Below are positions 1 through 6,715 of a stretch of 39,200 nucleotides of DNA, in pieces (position 1 is the first letter of the stretch; the number at the start of each line of letters is the position of its first letter). Origin of the DNA: Candidatus Nanohalarchaeota archaeon QJJ-5 (GTDB taxonomy: Archaea > Nanohalarchaeota > Nanosalinia > Nanosalinales > Nanoanaerosalinaceae). The translations under genes were made by a program, and so were the position numbers. A model generated the notes under the pieces. That model was not told the DNA's origin, ran no database searches, and saw only the letters and a list, made by a program, of their open reading frames with translations. The DNA lies in contig JALIDO010000001.1 of the NCBI GenBank assembly GCA_022865265.1, positions 1 to 39,200 of the forward strand, read 5' to 3'.

Positions 1-2220
1 CACGTCTTCGAGAAACGCTGTGATCTGGTGCCCTCCGTCTTTACTGAGATGATTGTTCGCATTACCACAGGTTGGGGAGTAGATACAGCTGTCACACCCG
101 TTCTTACAATCACATGTCGTGATAGTTGTCTTTGCATCTGTCACGATATCATCAAGCAGCTCATACGCTTCTGTAACAAGCCCAACATCTCCATCATGGC
201 CTTCATGGATGAATATTGAGGGGCTTCCTGTGGACTGATGGCGTTCGGTCGATAGGCCACCGAGGTCGTGCCGACGATCACAGAGTAGATATAATGGCAT
301 GATCCCGATCATGGCATGTTCGGCCGCATGGAGTCCATCACCTAATGTATCGACAGAGGGCGTCTCATGAAACTCGAATCCGATGGCCCGCGTGTGAAAG
401 GAAAATGGTAATCTGTTCGATGATGTATATGTTGTTCGTCGTCGGGTCTGATTCGTGGCTTTGTCCTTTTTGATATATCCTTCAACATGACCATGGACCT
501 CGACAGCGGCCAGGAAGATAGTTACGGTCTCATATTCACGTTCCGCTAATCGTGACTCGACGGTGATCTGTTTCTCTGTGGTCGGCTGTGTGTAATAATC
601 AAGTCCGTCTTCTGCTGGTTGCAGGGTTACTGTATCACGGACCGTATCGAAATCAGAAACAACATATTGGCGTCCATTGTGAAGATAGACAGCATCAGGA
701 TAGACGTCATTGATGGCATCACTATAGGATAATGATGTGATGGTCTCACCCTTTGTCGTTCTGATAGTCACATTGCGATCACCGATGTTTCGGAGCGAAA
801 ACGGCATTCCTTGTTGTTTCTCTGCCGGAACCCAACGATTATCTCGTTGTTTGAGCCGTCCAGCATCACGGAGTTGTTGAAGCCGGTTTTCATCGATTGG
901 AAATGCATCAAGTTCCTCAGTCCTCAGTGGTGCTTCTCGTGTCGCCTGGACAAGGTGATCATCGAGAATCGCATCGTTTTCAGGGTTTGCTTGGGCTTTT
1001 TCAGGCTCAGCAAACAGTTCGTCTGTGTTTTCTGCCATATACTGATCGAGATTGTCCTGGCCGGGCACCAAAAACACGAAACTCTCATCATCACCACGTC
1101 CGGCCCGGCCTGCCTGTTGGTGTGTCTGCATCCGACTCCCGGGATAACCGTCGAGAACAACGGCATCGAGTGTACCGATATCGATACCGAGTTCGAGTGC
1201 GGTCGTCGACCAGATACCCTGTGCTTTGCCAGATTTGATCTGTTTTTCTACCGTTTCACGCTCATCATCACTCAAAGCAGCATGGTACGGCGTGATCCGG
1301 TCTGCCATGGAGGCATAACCATCCGATCGATACTCACTTGCAAGGGTCCGCGCATACCGTTCAGCTGTCTGTCTGGCCCGTGTGAATGCCAAGGTCTGAT
1401 AGCCATCATCGACCAGCCGCTGCATGATTGTCTTGCTGATGGGATGTGGTGATGTATCATTGTCAACAATCACCCAGTGTTTGTCCCCTGTGGCACTCGT
1501 GTCTTCTGTGATTGTTGTCCATGAAGAGCGACCGGTGAGCCGTCGTGCATGTTCCTCCGGATTCCCGATGGTAGCAGAACAGCCAATCATCCCCGGATCT
1601 TGCCCGTATCGGTCGAGGATGCGTTCAAGTCGTCTGAACAAGAGCGATACATGACTCCCAAAGACACCACGATAGGTGTGGATTTCATCGATCACGATCT
1701 GGTCCAGAGCCTCGAAGAACCACGACCATGTCGATTGTTCGGCATACGGCAACAGGGAGTAATGAACCATATCGACTGTTGTCAGTAAAATACGTGGTTC
1801 CTTGTCTCTGACTGTACGTTTCTGATGCGAAGATAGTTGACCAGTGTACCGAGCGATCATCGATGGAGAAAGCCCAGCTGCATAAGCGTACTGTTCGAAT
1901 GTTCCAGCCTGATCATTGATCAAAGCACGCATCGGTGCGATATACAGGACAGTATCTCGTTCTTTGGCAGCCTCCAGAGCAGGGATCGTATAGATGAGAC
2001 TTTTCCCGGATGCTGTCGGTGTTGCAACGATGATATTATCCCCAGCATGATATGAATCGATAGCCCGTTTCTGGTGTGCATAGAGACCATCTATCCCATT
2101 TGCCTGTAGGGCGGATACGATACGGTCTGGAAGTCCTTTAAACGATGTTTTTTCGGCAGAAGTAGCATTTTCAGTTTTTTCAGCCGCTACAGGCCCTGGA
2201 ACAATATCATCCTTGTCCAT
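1..2220 (-). CDS. SF2 DEAD/DEAH-box helicase with C-terminal DUF1998/MZB zinc domain (YprA/MrfA-like); 3' end runs off the window
   Basis: Absent from the ORF track because there is no stop inside the window. My reverse translation from ATG (2220..2218) stays open to nt 1. Motifs read: ATPTASGKS (Walker A, in frame at about 2028), VIDEIH (DExH box), HQQAGRAGR (motif VI), LHAAEHAMIG, and the four-Cys C-terminal motif CDCKNGCDSCIYSPTCGNANNHL typical of DUF1998. The + strand ORFs at 811-2055 are antisense shadows. Confidence 0.85.
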   Translation of the reverse strand, partial: MDKDDIVPGPVAAEKTENATSAEKTSFKGLPDRIVSALQANGIDGLYAHQKRAIDSYHAGDNIIVATPTASGKSLIYTIPALEAAKERDTVLYIAPMRALINDQAGTFEQYAYAAGLSPSMIARYTGQLSSHQKRTVRDKEPRILLTTVDMVHYSLLPYAEQSTWSWFFEALDQIVIDEIHTYRGVFGSHVSLLFRRLERILDRYGQDPGMIGCSATIGNPEEHARRLTGRSSWTTITEDTSATGDKHWVIVDNDTSPHPISKTIMQRLVDDGYQTLAFTRARQTAERYARTLASEYRSDGYASMADRITPYHAALSDDERETVEKQIKSGKAQGIWSTTALELGIDIGTLDAVVLDGYPGSRMQTHQQAGRAGRGDDESFVFLVPGQDNLDQYMAENTDELFAEPEKAQANPENDAILDDHLVQATREAPLRTEELDAFPIDENRLQQLRDAGRLKQRDNRWVPAEKQQGMPFSLRNIGDRNVTIRTTKGETITSLSYSDAINDVYPDAVYLHNGRQYVVSDFDTVRDTVTLQPAEDGLDYYTQPTTEKQITVESRLAEREYETVTIFLAAVEVHGHVEGYIKKDKATNQTRRRTTYTSSNRLPFSFHTRAIGFEFHETPSVDTLGDGLHAAEHAMIGIMPLYLLCDRRHDLGGLSTERHQSTGSPSIFIHEGHDGDVGLVTEAYELLDDIVTDAKTTITTCDCKNGCDSCIYSPTCGNANNHLSKDGGHQITAFLEDV

Positions 2221-2271
2221 GATATGAACAGTACTACGTTGAGTCTTTTATACAACACGCTGTCGGTGCCA

Positions 2272-2703
2272 TCAGGACCGGTTCTCGGCCGGTGTCTGAG
2301 GGTCACCGATGATCGTCGCCTGGTCATATGTCGTCAGGATTGATTCAACAGCATGATATAATGGATCGATATCCCATAGCTGGAGATCTGTGTCAAGGGA
2401 AACAGCAGGTTTGCCCTCGATGACATCGAACCAGAGACCATAGTCATGCTCTGTCTCTTCTAGTGGTTCACCATCCAGTGCTAGATAATAGCTTGCTCCG
2501 ATGTACTCGAAAGAGAGGTCAGGATCTGTAGAACGGTATGTATCACCTGTCAGTGCTCCGCGCTGATCAGGTTGATCATCATTGATCCGGAAGAGATAAT
2601 CCATCTCTAGATCCCAACCGATCTCACCATCCTCCTGTCGTTTCTGTCCTTCATCGCAGAGATCATCATAGAGGTGATCGATCCATGCCGGTGGCTCGGT
2701 CAT
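2272..2703 (-). CDS. hypothetical acidic protein (143 aa), immediately upstream of the helicase on the same strand
   Basis: Complete ORF with the acidic composition typical of this proteome. I recognise no motif. Confidence 0.5.
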   Translation of the reverse strand: MTEPPAWIDHLYDDLCDEGQKRQEDGEIGWDLEMDYLFRINDDQPDQRGALTGDTYRSTDPDLSFEYIGASYYLALDGEPLEETEHDYGLWFDVIEGKPAVSLDTDLQLWDIDPLYHAVESILTTYDQATIIGDPQTPAENRS

Positions 2704-2788
2704 ACTGGTGAATTCGATAGCCGGTATTTAGAACTTGTCTCAGCTTGGTTCATGGAATCAACAGACGTACAGATCAGGCAGAACATTC

Positions 2789-2796
2789 TTATATAA
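2789..2796 (+). promoter_or_regulatory. TATA-box candidate (TTATATAA) for the 2816 membrane-protein gene
   Basis: TTATATAA is centred about 24 nt upstream of ATG 2816, the spacing expected for a leaderless archaeal transcript. Confidence 0.4.
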
Positions 2797-2815
2797 GCAG
2801 AATATAATCGCATCT

Positions 2816-3508
2816 ATGCCATTTTCCGTGCGGTCTGTATTACAGGACGGCATTGATTGGATCCAGTCATCGAACAGTATCACCTTGATAGCTATCTTTA
2901 CTGGTCTGTTTGTTGGATTCGAATATCTCATGAGTTATGCTTCTTCCTCGTTGATTTCGATCGGTGTTTCAGTCTCTCCAGCGCAGTTCACAGTCACGGG
3001 CGGAACATGGCTTGCTATCATATTGGGTATCATTGCTGTTCTCATCATGATCGGTGCTTCTATCGTTGCTATTCGTATTGTGACTCTTGAGGATGATACT
3101 ATAATTCCAGAAGAAAGCTATCGATCCGGAATCGGCCGGGCAATCCTCTCGATGATTGGAGCCGGGGTGTTGTTTGTCCTGGCAACGATGATCGGATCAG
3201 TCTTCTTGCTGATCCCTGGTCTTTTCATCCTAATCTCGTGTTTCATGTACGGGTTTGCCGTAGCAGTTGAAGGTCATGGACCAATTGCTGCGTTGAAACA
3301 CAGCTGGGGGCTTGCACGTGGGAATCGGCTTCGGCTCCTTGTCTTGTTAGTTATCTTGTTTGTCTTGAATGGTGTATTGAGCATGGGACCGGCATATCTC
3401 GGTCTCGACATCATCGGTACCATCGGTATGTCTATTGGTATGATCTATAGTATGGCAGTTGTGAGCTCTGTCTACCTCGAACTTGGGGGAGATAGATATG
3501 AACACTGA
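2816..3508 (+). CDS. polytopic membrane protein (about 5-6 TM), function unknown
   Basis: The track ORF is 2735..3508. I prefer the internal ATG at 2816 (MPFSVRSVLQDG...) because of the TATA box at -24. It contains long hydrophobic stretches (LIAIFTGLFVGF, WLAIILGIIAVLIMIGASIVAI, GAGVLFVLATMIGSVFLLIPGLFILISCFMYGF, LLVLLVILFVLNGVL). Its end overlaps the next gene by 11 nt. Confidence 0.6.
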   Translation: MPFSVRSVLQDGIDWIQSSNSITLIAIFTGLFVGFEYLMSYASSSLISIGVSVSPAQFTVTGGTWLAIILGIIAVLIMIGASIVAIRIVTLEDDTIIPEESYRSGIGRAILSMIGAGVLFVLATMIGSVFLLIPGLFILISCFMYGFAVAVEGHGPIAALKHSWGLARGNRLRLLVLLVILFVLNGVLSMGPAYLGLDIIGTIGMSIGMIYSMAVVSSVYLELGGDRYEH

Positions 3509-5372
3509 GACGTTCAAAATAGCGGCTATCCTTGTTTTACTAGTTGCAGGAGCTGGCGATGTATTAAGTACGGATGAGGTCGGACCGACCATCTATGGAA
3601 TTGATAGCCTGGTCGGCGAGAAAATCGATGACTGGCAGTTCTCACGGTCTGATACAGAACGGGATATAGAGGCATTCAGTTTTGCATTTCATATACCAGG
3701 ACAGTCTGTATTTGGCTTGATCGCTGGTGTACCATTTATGGGGCCAGGTACCGCAGTTCTTCCGTTATCTGCCCTTTCGATACCGTATTTCTACATGTCG
3801 ATGATGAGACAACCACTAGCTGAGGCTCAGATGAGTGCTGGGAATGCAGCTGGTGATGCAGCAGGGAGCGGTGACCTTGGTCTGACAGCCGGAGGCGCTC
3901 AGGATATCCAGAATTTCCGGGATAATATTGAAAATGGGTATCTTCCAGCACCCACGGATATCACTTATCAAGGCCTGTACTTCCAGTATTACCTCGATCG
4001 TGGACAGAGCCAAGAATGTACACAGTTGTTCTGTCCTTCATACAGTCAAGCAGTCTCTGAAGATCCACTGACCGACGAAGAAGAACAGTTCATGACCGTC
4101 GGCCTGAACTCGAATCTTGCACAGGATGAATTCGAACGGAAGAAACTGAACATGGTCCTTGTCTTGGACATTTCTGGGTCGATGGGTTCAGGATTCGAGC
4201 AGTATTACTATGATCGATTCGGAAATCGTCGTGATGTCAATACGACAAGTAAATCAAAGATGACCGTCGCAGCCGAGTCCTTAGCAGCATTGACAGAACA
4301 TCTGCGAGAGGGTGATCGCCTGGGGGTAGTTTTGTTCAACAGGAACGCCTACAAGGCAAAACCAATCCGCCTCACACAGGAGACCGATATGGATGCGATC
4401 AAGTCCCATATGCTTGATCTCAATGCCGGCGGTGGTACGAATATGGATGCCGGGATGCGGATGGCAACAGATATGCTACAGCCCTATACAGATAGCGATC
4501 AGGATGAATACGAAAACAGGATCGTCTTTTTGACCGATGCGATGCCGAACATCGGCCGGACCAGTGAAGACAGTCTTCTCGGGATGACTGAATCCAATGC
4601 AGCGGATAACATCCATACGACCTTTGTCGGGATGGGTGTCGATTTCAATACTGAGCTGGTCAATACCATCACCGCGATACGTGGAGCCAATTACTTCTCA
4701 GTGCATTCAGCCGACCAGTTCAGAGAACGGATGGATGAGAACTTCAAGTATATGGTGACACCGCTTGTCTTCGATCTCAATGTTACCCTTGAATCGGAGG
4801 GTTACTCGATCGATCGTGTCTATGGATCTACGGCAGCCAATGAATCGACCGGCCAGGTCATGCGGGTCAATACCTTGTTCCCCTCGCCTACACGCGATGA
4901 TGAGACACGTGGCGGTGTGGTCTTGCTCCGGCTGGATGAGACTGATCCGACACGTGACCTGACCTTGTCTGTCTCCTACGAAGACCGATCAGGCGAAGAA
5001 GAAACAAGCCAGCGGACGATCAGTTTCCAGGACCATGCTCCCGAACACTTCGACCATGATGGGATTCGTAAGGCCGTCTTGTTGACACGATACGTCGACC
5101 TCATGAAAAACTGGGTCATCTATGAACAGGGACAACTCAATGAGACCGTCCCACAGAAGGCATACGATCGAGCTGCTGAGCCAGGTATCGAGCCACCACG
5201 CGATGATCTTTTGAACGAATGGGAGCAACAATCACAATCACTCGTGGTATCCGATACCTATGAGACCAAGATCAGTCAGTTCAATGAGTACTTCGAACAG
5301 GAGATGGCAACCATCGATGATGATAGCCTGTCACAGGAATCCGAGCTGATGGAAACATTGCTGGCCCAGTAA
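3498..5372 (+). CDS. membrane-anchored von Willebrand factor type A (vWA) domain protein, YfbK-like
   Basis: ATG at 3498 (MNTETFKIAAILVLLVAGAG forms an N-terminal TM segment). MIDAS motif VLVLDISGSMGSG, then GGGTNMDAGM and VFLTDAMPNIG. The pre-vWA segment FRDNIENGYLPAPTDITYQGLYFQYY resembles the vWA N-terminal domain of YfbK-type proteins. Confidence 0.8.
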   Translation: MNTETFKIAAILVLLVAGAGDVLSTDEVGPTIYGIDSLVGEKIDDWQFSRSDTERDIEAFSFAFHIPGQSVFGLIAGVPFMGPGTAVLPLSALSIPYFYMSMMRQPLAEAQMSAGNAAGDAAGSGDLGLTAGGAQDIQNFRDNIENGYLPAPTDITYQGLYFQYYLDRGQSQECTQLFCPSYSQAVSEDPLTDEEEQFMTVGLNSNLAQDEFERKKLNMVLVLDISGSMGSGFEQYYYDRFGNRRDVNTTSKSKMTVAAESLAALTEHLREGDRLGVVLFNRNAYKAKPIRLTQETDMDAIKSHMLDLNAGGGTNMDAGMRMATDMLQPYTDSDQDEYENRIVFLTDAMPNIGRTSEDSLLGMTESNAADNIHTTFVGMGVDFNTELVNTITAIRGANYFSVHSADQFRERMDENFKYMVTPLVFDLNVTLESEGYSIDRVYGSTAANESTGQVMRVNTLFPSPTRDDETRGGVVLLRLDETDPTRDLTLSVSYEDRSGEEETSQRTISFQDHAPEHFDHDGIRKAVLLTRYVDLMKNWVIYEQGQLNETVPQKAYDRAAEPGIEPPRDDLLNEWEQQSQSLVVSDTYETKISQFNEYFEQEMATIDDDSLSQESELMETLLAQ

Positions 5373-5374
5373 TT

Positions 5375-5394
5375 GATACTGATAAATCAGTATC
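5375..5394 (+). terminator. perfect 9-2-9 inverted repeat GATACTGAT-AA-ATCAGTATC directly after the vWA stop codon
   Basis: The arms at 5375-5383 and 5386-5394 are exact reverse complements, starting 3 nt after the TAA at 5370-5372. No T-run follows, so a protein-binding palindrome is an alternative to a terminator hairpin. Confidence 0.35.
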
Positions 5395-5443
5395 GGCCAC
5401 AGGCCCGAACATTCTTGTATCTCATGTATCTTAGCAAAGAAGT

Positions 5444-6226
5444 ATGAACCAAGACGATGAATACCAGCAGGACCAGCGTGCATTCATCGAAGATGCGATG
5501 GAGGAATCTGATGAACTTGGTGGTTCACTCACCAATGAGGTCCGAGAGACCTATACTGGCACCATCATGAAACGGTTCGAAGATCGACCAAAGACAGCAT
5601 ATTTCCAGGCACTGGGCAAGCTTCTCGGTGGTAAAGTCGAATACGAGACACGTGATGATCGTATCGAGAACGAGCGCGCATACCGCGAGATCGCTGAAAA
5701 GGCTGGTCTGTACACACCTGATATTCTTGGACAACATGAAGAGTATGTGGAATTCGAACGAGTCGATGGCGATACCCTGCCTGATTACCTGAATGATGCC
5801 GATTCAGACGAAGCATATGAGATCGGAGAGCGACTTGGTGAAAGTCTTCGCGTTGTGCATGATGAAGACTACGCAGTCACGGATCTACGTATCAACAATA
5901 TCATCGTCACCGATGAAGACCAGCTTGCATCGGTCGATCATGAATATGCAACCGATGAGGCTACAGGGTGGGACAAGCAACTCGATATCCTGACACTTAT
6001 CTCAAGCGCCCGACAGGTCGATGATACTGCCTATGAATCTTTCAGGGAGGGATTCGAGCACGGCTATGATGAATCAGTCGATACGTCAGTCGATATCATG
6101 ACAAGTGCCACGGCACCACTCCATGCCAGCCTGTTAGAACGTGATACTGATCGTACCGGCAATGCCTTACGGAACACCGTACAAGACCTTGGTGATCGAC
6201 TGCATGAATATCTCCCGGACCGCTGA
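5444..6226 (+). CDS. divergent Bud32/RIO-like atypical kinase-fold protein (possibly catalytically altered)
   Basis: The layout resembles Bud32-type small kinases: RIENERAYREIAEKAGLYTPDIL, VEFERVDGDTLPDYL, IGERLGESLRVVHDEDYAVTDLRINNIIV (catalytic-loop-like, with D and N retained but no HGD), SVDHEY (in place of DFG) and DKQLDILTLISS. I saw no clear glycine-rich loop. Confidence 0.45.
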   Translation: MNQDDEYQQDQRAFIEDAMEESDELGGSLTNEVRETYTGTIMKRFEDRPKTAYFQALGKLLGGKVEYETRDDRIENERAYREIAEKAGLYTPDILGQHEEYVEFERVDGDTLPDYLNDADSDEAYEIGERLGESLRVVHDEDYAVTDLRINNIIVTDEDQLASVDHEYATDEATGWDKQLDILTLISSARQVDDTAYESFREGFEHGYDESVDTSVDIMTSATAPLHASLLERDTDRTGNALRNTVQDLGDRLHEYLPDR

Positions 6227-6274
6227 TGGTAGGCTTTCTGATATGTTTTTAACATCACAGGCCAATCACTGAAT

Positions 6275-6700
6275 ATGGACGAACCAGCAATCTATTTCTG
6301 TGGCTCTATCCGTGGTGGGCGCGATCATGCAACCAGGTATCACGACCTGATCGATGCCATCCAAACGAAAGGGACGGTGTTGAGCGAACATGTCGGTTAC
6401 GATGATATCGAAAAGGAGGAAAAACAAAGAACTGAACGTGATATCTATCGACGCGACTGTGAATGGATCGATGACGCCGATATCATGATAGCAGAAGTGA
6501 CAACACCAAGCCTCGGTGTCGGGTATGAACTAGCCCAAGCACAACACCAGGCCATGCCTGTCTTGTGCCTCTTTGATACGGACGGCGAGCATGCTCTGTC
6601 AGCCATGGTCCGTGGTTGCCCTCATTTTACTGTGGAAGAATACACCACTATCGAGGATGCTATCACGACCGTTCATGCCTTCATCGATGAACAGGTATAA
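6275..6700 (+). CDS. 2'-deoxynucleoside 5'-phosphate N-hydrolase (DNPH1/Rcl family, nucleoside 2-deoxyribosyltransferase fold)
   Basis: Near-collinear match to my memory of mammalian DNPH1: IYFCGSIRGGRD, GTVLSEHV, DCEWIDDADIMIAEVTTPSLGVGYELA, PVLCLF, ALSAMVRG. An AT-rich TATA-like stretch lies about 25 nt upstream. Confidence 0.8.
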   Translation: MDEPAIYFCGSIRGGRDHATRYHDLIDAIQTKGTVLSEHVGYDDIEKEEKQRTERDIYRRDCEWIDDADIMIAEVTTPSLGVGYELAQAQHQAMPVLCLFDTDGEHALSAMVRGCPHFTVEEYTTIEDAITTVHAFIDEQV

Positions 6701-6715
6701 CGGTGTTATACCGCC

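Noticed and set aside
811-2055. Several + strand ORFs (811..1452, 897..1238, 1424..1654, 1549..1788, 1837..2055)
   Set aside because: They lie antisense to the long open minus-strand helicase frame, which has clear SF2 and DUF1998 motifs. Their compositions are Cys/Arg/Ser-rich and non-acidic, unlike the real proteome.
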